Of a DNA stretch of 64,000 nucleotides, positions 23,480 through 36,522 are shown in pieces. Below the pieces are notes generated by a model. It had not been told where the DNA came from, searched no databases, and saw only the letters and a program-made list of their open reading frames with translations. The DNA comes from Pseudovirgaria hyperparasitica. Lineage: Eukaryota. The position numbers and the translations under genes were made by a program. The DNA lies in the NCBI GenBank assembly GCA_010093815.1, contig ML996575.1; one strand, 5' to 3'. Numbering within the stretch: position 1 is the stretch's first letter; every line of letters begins with the position of its first letter.

Positions 23480-25315
23480 ATGGTCAACCCAGGTAAACGA
23501 AGTGCAGGATGTTATACATGCCGGAAACGGCGGGTCAAGGTAAGTGTTCCTCTGGCGCCCGCCCACTGGTCTCGGTAGGGCAGGTGGATCTTCCGATGTC
23601 ATGCATGAATGTTCATCATTCGCTTGCTAACTCCTTCGACTCAGTGTGACGAACGCAAGCCCACGTGTGCTCGGTGTGAAAAGGCAAATCGTCAGTGTGC
23701 GGGCTATCCAGCAGGTACCGACCTAGTATTTCGCAATGAGAATCATATAGCACAAAGAAATGCTCTGCTTGATCTAAATATCTCAAAGAAGAAGCGAGCG
23801 ACCGAGCCTGATCTGGCTGTCGATTCGTCGTCAGGCGCAGGCCAGATCGTCATCTTTGATCAACGACCTGAATCGACTTCAGAGATATCTTACGTCTGGA
23901 CACCACCATACTCACGCACGCCTTTACCTCCATCCTCCGTTCTCGAAATGAAGGTGCTTCCTCCGAATGGAGGCCACGTGATGCTCTGCCACATGTACAT
24001 GACGGAGAAGACGTCGCAAAATCTCAGCTTGAGATTGGCAAGGGATTTGCAACTTCAAGCAGCTCCAACGTCGGCGTTGAATCCACTTGCCGAATCCATT
24101 GCATGGATCAATGCCCCAGTCGGATACGACCATAGACATGTCATTTTCAATGCCACCAAACTGTATAACAAGGCCATAACCAGTCTTCGTCGTACTATTG
24201 CGAGTCCTACTCCGGCACCATTAAATGAGACAATGGTCATAATACTGTGGATGACAAAGGCCGAGGTACTCTCTCATGTTGCATTCATGCAAATGTCTTT
24301 TGGCTTACACCTGTCAGATGGCGATCAGCCCTCCTGATGCCGTTGGTAGCGTCGTATTGTCCCATGTTAAAGGGGCTCTCAGCTTTCTTCGGGCCAGCAC
24401 AAAGATCAATCCTCTACCCAGCCTGTATGCACCGACCCTTATAGAGCTGATCAACAATATGGTAACAGCACTTTCCACAAATAATATAGATACCAACATA
24501 ACATTGACCAGGTTTCGTCATGGATCACAGCACCGACTCATATTGCCATGGAACTAGGTAAGGAATTTGAATATGTTCAACAGCTCACAGGGTGTTTCTC
24601 TCAGCTTCCTGAAGGTACTCTCGGCTTGGTACAACTTGGCATGACTGCTGCGCAGATCCATACAGAGTTGAAGTTCTATCGAAATACTGCATGGAGTGAG
24701 GTCACCCGTGCTGACTTGAAGTCCTTATATGCCAAATGTGCCAAAGCACGTGCTATCATATCTGAATGGGCATATCTTTGGACTCCTGGAGGGTTTGCAT
24801 TGTCTGCTGATGAGAAGGATAGACTGTTTGGTGCCATCACCGTGTGGAATACTCACAAGGAGAATATCAGTCTATGGGAACGCAAAGACTGGGGACAAAT
24901 ATGCACCTATCGACTATTGACCTACATCTGCACCCGTCAATGTGCAAAGAAGTATCTGGAGCTGGCTGATTCAGAACGAGACAGCACACGCGATCCTTTC
25001 GGCGAAAATCTGATAAGTGCCGAAAACGCAATGAAAGAAGCAACTGATAGGATGATATGGGAAATAAGAGAATACATGCGAACATACCTTACCGGTGACA
25101 TCGGCATCAAATCACCAAGCGAGATGGAGTCCAAATCAACCCCACGTATCGGATCTTACATGATGATACTGCCACTGCGAATTGCGAACTCCTTAAAAGA
25201 CCTCTCTGAACAAGCCAGAGGAGACCTTAGAGATGCCATACATATGATAGTGCAGTATACGGGTCTACCGCCAGAGTTCTGGATACCTCGGCTAAAAGGA
25301 AACATATTTGACTAG
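23480..25315 (+). CDS. Zn(II)2Cys6 transcription factor; exons 23480-23539, 23645-24265, 24318-24461, 24512-25315
   Basis: MVNPGKRSAGCYTCRKRRVK|CDERKPTCARCEKANRQCAGY reconstructed across an intron. Downstream exons stay in frame. Confidence 0.88.
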
Positions 25316-25578
25316 GAACGCTAGCGGGGATACATGAACCCAGTGCCATTCACAGATCCGATGGTTCACTGTTTGCAATCCCGCGTCTTGCGTGCAATGT
25401 GTCATGAACACGATAATGCCGTACCTTGCCACACAGTAAGCCGACGAGGTTTCACGAAACAATCACAAAAAGCATTGAAGCACTTGTACGAGATACACCC
25501 CGGTCGAGGATGGCCCCTCCTTAAGAACGCCCCGAACCCTTGACCCAATCATCCCATCTCGAGCTTCGCAAGACAACT

Positions 25579-26232
25579 ATGGTCATCATGATGAATCTGG
25601 TCACTCTCATCACTATTACATTGTCTGTCGCCCTGATTGTAGAGGGGAATCTATATGCCGCATTTACGCCTTCTCTACGTTGCGACACCAACAACCAGAC
25701 CGCGCCACTCCCGACCCCGACATATGGCACTGGTGGGATCTTCAGTATCTGTACCGAGCAAATCATTCGTGGCTCCATCCAACACATATACACCACTCTT
25801 CTCGACTTCCGCGCATATGCAACCTGGAACTCATTCGTCGTCGATGTGCAGCTCCCTGATACCGTCACCACTGCATCCGACGTTTACCTCAATATGCCAA
25901 TGACCTTCACCACAAGTGGATTAATTTCTGGGGTGAACACGACTTCCAACGAGATTGTGACGGTGCTGTCTGCCCCATCGCCGGGAAACCAGTATGCGCA
26001 CAAAGCGATTGCGATCAACGCTTGGCGCTGGGACGATGGTCTGGGTGGGCTTGGAAGAGCGGAGCATCCGAATCTGTTGACTGATTTGGGCGATGATACG
26101 GTGCGATATATTAGCTACGAGACGTACTATGGGGTAGGGGGTGCGCCCGTGTACGTATTACATACGCAGCTACAGGAAGCCTTTGAACGTCAGGGGAAGA
26201 ATTTGAAGGACTTCATCGAGGGGGTCTATTAA
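25579..26232 (+). CDS. Secreted SRPBCC/START (polyketide-cyclase-like) domain protein
   Basis: Signal peptide MVIMMNLVTLITITLSVALIVEG. IIRGSIQHIYTTLLDFRAYATWNSFV matches the SRPBCC N-terminal signature; C-terminal helix FERQGKNLKDFIE. Confidence 0.75.
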   Translation: MVIMMNLVTLITITLSVALIVEGNLYAAFTPSLRCDTNNQTAPLPTPTYGTGGIFSICTEQIIRGSIQHIYTTLLDFRAYATWNSFVVDVQLPDTVTTASDVYLNMPMTFTTSGLISGVNTTSNEIVTVLSAPSPGNQYAHKAIAINAWRWDDGLGGLGRAEHPNLLTDLGDDTVRYISYETYYGVGGAPVYVLHTQLQEAFERQGKNLKDFIEGVY

Positions 26233-27246
26233 AATACGTCTAGAGAAGCAAGAATACGATGCTGAAAGCTATTATGAAGCTCGCGAATCAGTTGACTAGA
26301 ATTACCATGTGTGTATCCACCTGGGCGCGAAGGATAATGTTGGCCAGTTCTTCGTGTTCTCCATGCGTATTTCCACGATGACGGAAGACAGAACTAGTCA
26401 AGTTGTGTTTCTCACTTGTTTGTATAATTCTGGCCCTTTTCGCTCTACCAGCTCCTTTAGATCATGGGTGTGGCTCAAAATCCAACGCATCTTGATCAAA
26501 ATGATGCCATTAGTCCGACCACTCGTCGAGTTGATAGCGTAAACATGTTCTTGACCATGTTAGTGCCGACCAATACACCAGCCTCAGGTTTGTCCACCCA
26601 AATACGTTTTCAAACCTCATGGTGAACTACTATACAGGTCAGTACCCGTCACAAGTGTACGGGCATGCCGGACCTACTAGATCAGTGAATCCGACATATC
26701 AATTCTTGGAAGCGGCAAAGGCAATTTCATTGTACTCTAATAACAATCATATGGATCGTCAAATGTCCCAAAAAATACAAAACATTCAGCAGTGGGTATT
26801 CGCTAGTGGTCACCCACCTAACTACTAATCCACCCCTAACGAGCTTAAATAGGCGGGAGCGAACGGGACCGCTTGCTTTCTGGTTGGTATGGCCGAATGT
26901 GCAAGAACTAGTCATAGTATAGAACTTATTTCTCTAAATCTCATTGCACGTATCAAAAAGTAGGAAGGGGTACATGCGGGATCTGAGTCGAGTCACTCAA
27001 TGAAAAAAACCAATTGCAGGTCAGCTCAGAACCTTGTCACATGGCCGTAGGTGAAGAGTAGCACACGACAAGATCATGTATGATGAACGAGGCCAATATT
27101 GGTAAAAATTATTTTCTATGTACAAGTAAGCCTTATCTAGTGCAAGTTCTGTGCTATTTCAACGCCCGCTAAGTGTGAGATAAATGGATTTCAAATAAAG
27201 TCAGTGAGCCTTCATCAGGCACGGGACGAACAAATCAATTCCGGAT

Positions 27247-28228
27247 TTATTTCTCGTAGGTATCATACCTCGTGCTCTTCCTGCTCCTGCCGCAGCAGCA
27301 GTCGACAAACCAGTACAGCAGACCGATAAACACAGCAGCAGTGCCTGCCCAGGTAAGAGCAAGAAATTTACGCCCCATATCAGCCTCAATACCAACTTGA
27401 TCACCATACTGATTGATGGCGTTGGCACCGATGACATTGACGGCCGTGGCCACACCACTAGCCGCGCCAGAAGCAACGAAGGTGAGGAGCGAGATGATAA
27501 TGACTACACACGCTGTGATGCGCGAGCCGTGGGTGAAGATGTAGATGGCGCTGATGACAAACATAATGAAGCAGAGACAGATAGTGACGACGTAGAGTGT
27601 AAACATGGCGCGGTACGCAATTCTTAATGCGTCCAGGGCGGTGATAATCTCGTTAGGGAAGTTCAATTGCTCGAGCAATTGGTCGACTGTTATAGTTGTG
27701 ACATTGGCTCGGTCGAGGGAGTCCTGCAGAGCATCTCTCGGATCGAACCAATAGCTCGACCTTGGTGACGAGCAAACAGTGACGTTTTTGTAAATATCGT
27801 CTTCGGAAACAGTCGCGTTGGGAATAGCATTAGGCAGGTAGTCGCCTGCGCAGTAGTTCAGCATATGGGCGGAGTAGAAGTCATCGAGCCCGAGATCTTG
27901 GGCGAAAGAATCTGCGGCGGTAGACGCGATGCTTTCGATGGAGTTGCGAACGTCTTCAGGGAGCTCATTGAGGATGTTTGTGATGGAGGATGGAAGGATC
28001 GAGTTTTCGCCATTCAACGCATTCTCAGCAAGAGTAGAGCCGATACGAGAGGTATTGAGCTATGACTAGTCAGTGTATGCACACATCAGGAGGCTTGTGT
28101 TGTTATACGTTGAAGAGATTGAAGTCTTCCATGAAGCCTGGTTTATTACCAGCAAACAAGCATAGAAACGAGATAACCAAGGCTCCTGCTGAAAGCAGAG
28201 CCGGTATGATTGCAAAAATTCTGATCAT
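27247..28228 (-). CDS. SUR7/PalI family membrane protein; exons 28228-28109 and 28059-27247
   Basis: MIRIFAIIPALLSAGALVISFLCLFAG, LGLDDFYSAHMLNYCAG, three further TM helices, GRKFLALTWAG, C-terminal CCCG. Confidence 0.88.
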
Positions 28229-29010
28229 ATTGAGAATGGCGCAGATCAAAACGAAAGAATGTACTAATGCAGATATTGTCGACAGCGGCTGCTGGTAAAG
28301 CCTGACGGAAAAGCTGTGAAGAGAGTGGACGTAGCGATGAAGAAGTTTGGGCCAGACTTTATCGAGAATGCTTTGTCGGTCTGTGTGCCAGGTGTACTGC
28401 GTAATGCCCAGAGCACCTAGAACGAAACGAACGTAGCTTGGCTGTTGACCAGATGTGTTTGGACGTTGGGATATTGCTGGTGGGGATGAGTGGAGAACAG
28501 GATACGATACGCGTAGATCGATACGAGCGAGGCTGCGGCCGGCGAGAAAACAAAGAGGACGATGACGTCGCTCATGGCTTGTGCGGCTACCGGTACAGGG
28601 GCAGGCTCTAGCTCTTAGCCCATCAAAGCCTAGCCTGCCTGCTCCCCAGCCACCCGCGCGGAGCGAGCGCCAATCCGGCCCTTATTAGCGGGTCTCAGCA
28701 GCCAAACATAGCAGACTCTTAGCCTCCAGCCACAGTGGCCCACGCGGCCTCTACTTTTTCTACTGCGCCTCTGACGACGACAACTGTCAATCATCTGAGC
28801 AGCAAAACAACAAGGACTATAGCACTGCAAGTCATCCTTTTCATCACCTCATCGACCCTTTCACTCGATCTATGCAACTCTGCAGATTCTCAACTGCCGA
28901 CGATCAGTGCCCAGTTCCCGATAAGATACATAAGACACCTGATCTCACGCCGCCCCATGCAAATAGCTTCAACCGCGGGCGCAAGCCATGTTTGTTGTAG
29001 GGCGAAACTG

Positions 29011-30849
29011 CTATGGAGGTATTGGGTTGTCCTCAGAGTTTACACCAGCCCGCCACCTGTATTTCGCCGCCACATGATTGCTTGGTGGTCCACATTGCCC
29101 GCGTGTCTGGTAAAAGTTCTCTCTGTAAGTTCCACCGGGCACTGCATATCCATCCCAGAACAGTTCCCTACGTTTCAGCTCTGGCAACACCAAGTCGATG
29201 ATGTCTTTGAAAGTCTGTGGAAACACTGCATAGGCCTGAGGTAGTCAGTAAACAATCGACGTACAGAGAGACATATCCCACGAACCAGATTGAACCCATC
29301 AACCCCAGCTTCTGCAACCCATGTCTCCAGACTATCCACCACCTGTTGCGGACTCCCAACAATCACTGGACCGTTACCACCAATACTGACATGCTCTGCC
29401 ACGGTATGTTTAGTCCACTTCTTGTCGCCGTCGGAGAATCGAGCGTATGCTTCTACTGTTGATCTGTATGCACGTGAGCTGAAGCTGACTCCACCACTAT
29501 ATCATTATTGCACTGCGCCTACCGTACTGCGTTGCTCTCAACCTGTCTAAGTTCCTCCTCGTCTCCGTAATCGCCAAGGTTTATACCAGTCCATCCGCAA
29601 AAAAGAGCTAGAGCACCCTCAAGCGATGCATATGTTCGATACTCTGCCAACTTTGCTTTGGCCTCTTCCTCTGTCTCGCCGACGATGATCGTCACCAGTG
29701 CCAGGAACTTGATGCTATCCTCACTGCGGCCGTACTTCTCTTTGGCCATCGTCCGGATTTCAGTGATATTCGAGGCCACCACATTCGGAGCAAACGGCGA
29801 GACGAAGATGGCCTCAGCATGCTGAGCTGCGAATTCCTTTCCAGCTTTGGATGTTCCAGCCTAGTCAAGATTAGAATATATGCATGATGCAGTCACTCTA
29901 TCTGAATAGTACCTGTAGGATCAATGGCGTTCGCTGAGGACTCGGTTGGCAGATGTGAGGCCCAGGTACAGTGAAATACTTCCCCTTGTGTTTAATTTCC
30001 CGTACAAGCTCCGGTGAGGTGTAGATACCAGTCTTGCGGTTCAGTTGAACTGCGTCATCTCTCCAAGAGGACTCGAGTAATTTGTAGATGACCTGTATGA
30101 ACTCTTCAGCCTGGGCATATCTCTCATCGTGAGCTGGCTGCGATGAGTTGAGCATGTTGCGAGCGGCCGAGTCTAGGTAGCTCGTGACTATATTCCAACC
30201 CAGGCGACCTTTTGAGAGATGGTCAATCGTTGATAGTCGTCGAGCAAGATGATATGGCTGCTCGTAAGTAGTTGAAACCGTTACCCCGAAACCTATACTC
30301 TTTGTTGCTGCTGCCATGGCGGAAACGACACTTAATGGCTCGTTGACCGGCCATTGTGCCCCTGATCTTTTAGCAGCATCTAAGTTCCCATTATAGACAT
30401 CATAGCCACCTGGTCGTAGTCAGTCATAGTCATACTTCGGCATCAATCAGACGTACCAAGCACATCAGCCACAAATATGCCGTGGAAAGAACCAGCTTCG
30501 AGTAGCTTTGCCAAACTGACCCAATGATCTACATCGTTGAATTTCCAAGATTCGTCTTCTGGGTGTCTCCAAAGACCCGGACTTTGATGTCCACTGCCTA
30601 CGATCAAAATTTAGTCTTTCGTCCAGCCTCCGGATTCGCTCCGGCTAATTACTGCCACTATTACATGTACTCACACATTTCTACAAACGCATTGAGAATC
30701 AAAGGTTTCTTCGCAGTACTATTGGCCGGCTTGACAGTATTGGCTTCAGCATCTTGCTTCGTCTTCTTGGTTCCATTTGAAACTGGTACGCTGCCACCAA
30801 CCGTATCCTCTACAGCAGCGGCTCGTTTCCTCGACCGAGTCCCTTCCAT
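29011..30849 (-). CDS. FMNH2-dependent luciferase-like monooxygenase (DszA/NtaA/SnaA family), multi-exon
   Basis: LILNAFVEMC|SGHQSPGLWRHPED, MAAATKSIGFGVT, YEQPYHLARRLSTIDHLSKGRLGWNIVTSYLDSAARN, PSPQRTPLILQ, GTYREN. Confidence 0.93.
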
Positions 30850-30954
30850 ATCTGTAAACTTGGCTAAAATTTAGTTATCGACAGGTTTCAGCTTCGTTTT
30901 GTCGTCTCAATGGGTTGACAAGGAACGTCTGTAGCTACTGCATGTTGATGCAGC

Positions 30955-30965
30955 GATGGCGCAAT
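30955..30965 (-). promoter_or_regulatory. Putative CYS-3/MetR (sulfur-starvation bZIP) binding site ATTGCGCCATC
   Basis: Plus strand reads GATGGCGCAAT, 106 bp upstream of the DszA-like start codon. It fits the CYS-3-type motif (ATGRYRYCAT / ATBRCGCCATC, as recalled). Confidence 0.55.
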
Positions 30966-31430
30966 ACTCCCCGCCCGGTAACGACATGAGCTGCGGATCC
31001 ACCAGGTTTGGCCCTTAAAACATTCAACCCTGGCACACGCGATTCAGCACTGCGGCACGCGGTGATACTGATCCCATGCAAACATCCTATCGGTTTCACC
31101 CAAAGATCTACTCCCGCCATCGTTGCAACAGCCGCCACTCTCGTTGCTATTCACAAGGTCACGTTCGACTACGTACCACAAGCAATGAGCTCCTAGAAGA
31201 GTGATCTATGCTACTCTCTGATAATCTTTCTTTGGAAATAGTGTTTGCTGACAAGAATTGACATTGCTAAGCACAATTTTGACAAGTGGCTCTTCAGGTA
31301 CAAGTCAATTGCTGCATAGGTTCTTTCTCTCATTCGGATATACTAGACCATTGGAACAGGTTTTGTAGTGCAATGAAATACGCGGGATCTTCGAGGCAGT
31401 AGGGATTCTTCTACAGAAATAACTCCAGCT

Positions 31431-31740
31431 CAGTAAGTTCTCTTGTTACACGCCTTGAAAAGGCCGTATGAATCGATCGACGCTGCCGCAATTCCTCATA
31501 CCGTACACGATGATAAAGTTCTTGTCAGAACCAGCTATTAATGGTTAAATCCAATCGACAGGAAAGCTCGGGACGATATATGCTTTGTATCCTGCACAGG
31601 TTTTGCGTTATATCTGATGAGACCTCGGGTTCGGTATTCCTTCTCTCCCACACATATCAGGCCACGAACTTGTCGAAGTGATTGTATCCATCACGAATCG
31701 CCCGCTAGGATCTGGGACGAAGTCACTTGTCAACCTCCGA
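31431..31740 (+). pseudogene. Decayed GroES-like (MDR, Zn-binding oxidoreductase/enoyl-reductase type) gene fragment
   Basis: Translates Q*VLLLHALKRPYESIDAAAIPHTVHDDKVLVRTSY*WLNPIDRKA ... FGIPSLPHISGHELV, matching the MDR N-terminus (GLNPxDWK...PxIxGxE) but with stops. Confidence 0.65.
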
Positions 31741-32571
31741 GTCAGGATGAATTATTCTACCGCACCTGCACCAATCACATCTTCCAACATCCAACGCGCG
31801 TTTTCACACTATGAACTATACTACTATCATCCTTTGTGTACACAGAATACTTCTCTCAATCTATGAGGTGTGAAACGAGATTCTCAATTTTAGCTTATTA
31901 CGGAGCTACTACATCTGAGGTCTATTGTGTTTGAATCAAGGAATAATGTATTTGACGCAAAGGACAGGAAACGTTAAGAACAATCAACCAGGCTAGTATC
32001 AAGACGGGCATTCGCTCCTCATGACTGAGCTGCTCACAAGCTACTAAATCCGATAGCATCTCCAGACCACAGTCTAGACAGTCACAACTCGAGATCTAGA
32101 CATGTCCGCACGGTTGACCTGCCGTTCCTGACATGCAACAGGATTTCTTTTTTTATGTACAACAGTGTTGAGACCATTTCCAGTGTTCTGGTACTCAAAT
32201 CAGGCAGACGGGACATCTGATGACAGGGATGATGTTATCTAGTCATGTTGAGCGGAGAGAGGAGATGTTCAGCCGTGAGACGCTTGTGCGAGAATGCTGG
32301 CCAAAGACGTGATCGCACTAGAATACGCGTGCGGACCACTGATGTGACAGATTGAAGAGAGGTTGCTGGCGTGAGATGCAAGGCAACAGCAACATACGAG
32401 TTCAATGAGGTGATGTAGCTTCAACTGCTAACGACGTGACTTGAAGGCTCTGTCGAGTTCATTTGCAACGATTCAAGTCGGGACAGTTTACAATTACCTT
32501 GATCAAAATCTCCGATAAGTTTGACGTATCCTCTTCCGACCCAAGTATATACTAGACCCAATTCGGACGAT

Positions 32572-34502
32572 ATGACAGTGATTACATGTACCGCATCGGT
32601 CAGCAATGAACGCGGCGACATCGAAACACCGACACCAGTCACCAACCGCGTCAATGGTATCAAGGACATCAATGGCCACAAAGCAGCCTCGATATCAGCT
32701 TCTCTTGTGGTTGCAGAGCCCGGTAATGACGAGGCAGTTGCATCCTACCCGAGGAGCAACTTACGACTAGACGAAGACCATCACATTGACGATATTCGCC
32801 CCCTGCGCGCTGTGGTTATTGGTGCTGGTCTATCAGGTATCTTAGCTGGTATTCTACTGCCTGCCAAAGTGCCGAAGCTCGAGCTCACTATCATCGAGAA
32901 GAATGATGATGTCGTATGTGTATGCTCTGTCAATGACTACATAAGCTGACTTAAGTTACGAAGGGAGGAACATGGCTTGAAAACATCTACCCCGGCGTAC
33001 GATGTGATATTCCCGCTCATGTCTACCAAGCAACATTCTCACCGAACACCCAATGGTCGCAACAATTTGCTGAGGGACACGAGATTTTGGCGTACTGGAA
33101 GGAGCAAGCGCGTAAATATGATGTTTATCGCAAAGTGCAGTTCAGAAGGCAGGTCGTAGACCTCGCTTGGGACGACAGATCGTCACATTGGATAGTGAAG
33201 GCAAGAGATACTGTAACGGGAACTATACATGAACAGACAGCGGACTTTGTGCTACCCGCGTTGGGTCGATTCAATACATGGAAGCTACCGGAATATCCTG
33301 GTATCCAAGATTACAAGGGACATCTACGACATACCTCCAACTGGGATCCCGAATTTGATCCGAAAGGCAAACGCGTCGCAGTCATCGGCAACGGAGCTAG
33401 CGGTATACAGGTAGTGCCCAATATGCAGTTGGTAGCAGCGCACGTCGATCACTATGCACGCAACAAGACGTGGATAGCAGGATCTTGGGCAGGTGATGCA
33501 AGGACTTTTGAGCCACAATGGTTTTCTGAACAGCAGCTTAAAGAATTCGAGGATCCGGAGAAGTATCTCGAGTTCCGCAAGGCCTTGGAGGATAAGTACT
33601 GGCGCCGCTTCCCTGCTACTTTCCGAGGATCCAAGGAGAACAAAGGGTTACGAGAGGCTTTCATTGAGATCATGAAAGGAAGAGTTACCAAGAAGCCCGA
33701 GCTGATAGAGAACCTCATCCCTGATTTCAACCCAAATTGCCGACGCCTGACTCCCGGCCCAGGATATCTAGAAGCCCTGACCGAGCCAAACGTAGATTTT
33801 ATCCAGACACCTATCAAGAGGTTTACGGAGACTGGTATCGAGACGGCAGATGGCATTGAAAGGCCTGTGGATGCGATTCTTTGTGCAACAGGCGCGCACG
33901 TTGACTTTCTACCGCGATTTCCAATCACAGCACATGGACGCGATCTAAGAGATCTATGGCGGCCTGGAGGTGAACATGGTTGGCCGTACACATATATGGG
34001 TCTCGCTACTCCCTCTTTCCCCAATCTCCTCTTCATACATGGGCCTCACGGAGCCGGTCCAGCTGGTACAGTACCTCACAGTGTTGAGGTACAAGTCGTA
34101 TACTATGCAAAGCTACTGAGAAAAGTTTCTTCGCAAGGCATCAAGACAATCACACCATCCAAAAAGGCGACAGATGACTTTGTGGAATATGCAGACGCGT
34201 TCTTTCCAAAAACTGTCTTGACAGACAATTGCAGCTCTTGGGCAAATGGTGGTAAAGCTGGGCAAAGAATCCACGGCCACTGGCCGGGAAGCGCAGCTCA
34301 TGCTACAATTGTTCGCAGGGAACCTCGATGGGAGGACTGGGAATATGAATATATCTCGAACTCTGGTAATCGTTTTGCCTATTTCGGCAATGGCTTTACT
34401 AAACGCGAGACGGACGCGGAATATGACATGACACCGTATCTTAAGCTACCAGCCGATGTAGATCTACGGGACCTGCATGAGCAGTGGCATGAGCTACCAT
34501 AG
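32572..34502 (+). CDS. Baeyer-Villiger/FMO-type flavin monooxygenase; exons 32572-32913 and 32964-34502
   Basis: VVIGAGLSG, GGTWLENIYPGVRCDIPAH, BVMO-like YKGHLRHTSNWD, VAVIGNGASG, CRRLTPGPGYL, ILCATG. Confidence 0.93.
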
Positions 34503-35059
34503 ACACGTGTGAGACATAAGCTCAACAGCCAGATCCTCATTCAGGTCTTCGACTATGTACTAGCATGAATAATCAATTCACATGGCCCTGCTAATTATGC
34601 GACACGTAATCGAAAATCAAAGAACTCGATGCGCTAGATCTGTCTTTTCCTCTTGCTCGTTCCTAGGAGCTATTCGGCTACATATTCACGGTATCTCTAA
34701 CTGCTGGGCACGGAATTCAGTGGCTCGATGTCGTGATATGGAGGGTGGGGCTCGTCTTTGATCAGGGGGCCCTCTAATCACTGTCTGTGTAGGGAGATAT
34801 ATTATCGTCACAAACAAGCACTTCCCGGGCTATGGCAGACTCTCGCCAGCCCTCGGCCGACTGCTTCAACTACCGCGCGGTTGGTGTTCAAGTTACTCTT
34901 GTTATTGTCCACTTGACAGCTGAGGCACAAATGGCGTGCGTTACCGGGTTGAGTCAGGACATGTCAATCTCTTACGACCATATATTGCTTGATAGTCTGG
35001 CCAGACAGAAATTAAAGTTCAATCCTCTTTGTCCATCTTGAGATTCATTCGATATTGCC

Positions 35060-36522
35060 ATGTCTACCATCCCGACGAGCTCTCCGTTTCTCAGGGAACA
35101 CCCAGGTGAGTGGTTTTTTAAGACGGTCTCTATTGAACACACCGTCTAATGTTTGCTACAGTCAAATGGTATCGGTCGAGTTTCTACAATGCCACCATCC
35201 TCGGTCTCTGTAATTTCGCTGCCCCTGGAATCTGGGGGGCCATGAACTCCCTTGGGGCAGGAGGGGCGCAACGTCCATATCTTGTCAACACGGCCAATGC
35301 CCTTACCTTCTGTCTGATGGTTGTGTCTTGCTACTTCTCCTCCGCCATCGTGCATTACATTGGCATCAAAAACTCGCTTGTCGTCGGTACTCTTGGCTAT
35401 GCACCTTACGCTGCAGGTCTGTATGTCAACAACCGCTACGGAAATGAGTGGCTTGTTCTCCTCGGCGCTGCTTTGTGTGGCCTCTCTGCGGGAATATTCT
35501 GGATGTCTGAAGCAGCTATCGCCATCGCGTATCCAGAGCCGTATAATCGTGGTAAATTACTTGGATACTGGCTGTCGTTCAGGATTGGAGGCCAAATCAT
35601 CGGCGGCGCAGTCAACCTTGGCTTGAACGCCGATAACAACCAAGCTGGGAAAGTATCATACACGGTCTTCCTTGTGTTCATTGCTCTGCAATGTAGCGGT
35701 CCACTCGTAGCCTTGCTGCTCAACAAGCCAAATAGGGTTCAGCGCTCAGATGGCAAACGTGTGAATCTTACTATTACGGACGGGCCATGGACGGAGATCC
35801 GCCGTACCACACACTTATTCTTTTCTCCGGGCTTCCTTCTCATTGTTCTGTTTATTGGCCAAGCTGTCTACGCAGAAGCCGTCTTCTTCACATATCTCAG
35901 CCTATGGTTCACGGTTCGCGCGCGCGCACTTGGCAGTCTTGTTTCTGCACTCGCAGCTATGGTCGCAGGCAACATTCTGGGAGCATTTCTAGACCAAAAG
36001 CGCATCAACCTGCGCATGCGGTCCAGGGCGTCGTTCATTACAGTCGCAACACTCCAGGGCGCATGGTGGATCTGGGCGACAATCTTAGTGACCCGTTTCC
36101 GGCACACTCGCCCAACCTACGATTGGGTCTCGCCCGGCTTCGGCTCTGCTTTTGGCGTCTTCGTTTTGCTCACGGCTGGATTCCAGATGAATTACCTACT
36201 GCTATACTTCATTGTTGGGCAGATGGCAAGGGATGAGCAGGAGGTCGTTCGGTACGCGGCACTGCTTAGAGGCACGGAGAGTGCGTGGCAGGCGGTTAGT
36301 TATGGTCTGAATGCGATTGTAGTATTCGCAGAGGTGGGTGGGGTGTATGTCAACTTTGGTCTTTGGGCGGTCAGTCTTGTCCCGTGTTGGTTTGTGTTGA
36401 GGAAGTTTGGAAGCACAGCACAGGATCTAGAAAACTATAGGGACGGACACAGTGATGCTACAGATGGGTCAGTGACACCGGTGGAACCCCACAAGGAGAC
36501 TGTCAAGTATGATGGTAGATAG
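35060..36522 (+). CDS. UNC-93-like (DUF895) MFS transporter; exons 35060-35105 and 35162-36522
   Basis: WYRSSFYNATILGLCNFAAPGIWGAMNSLGAGG, AIAIAYPE, ~12 hydrophobic segments, RGTESAWQAVSYG. Confidence 0.9.
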
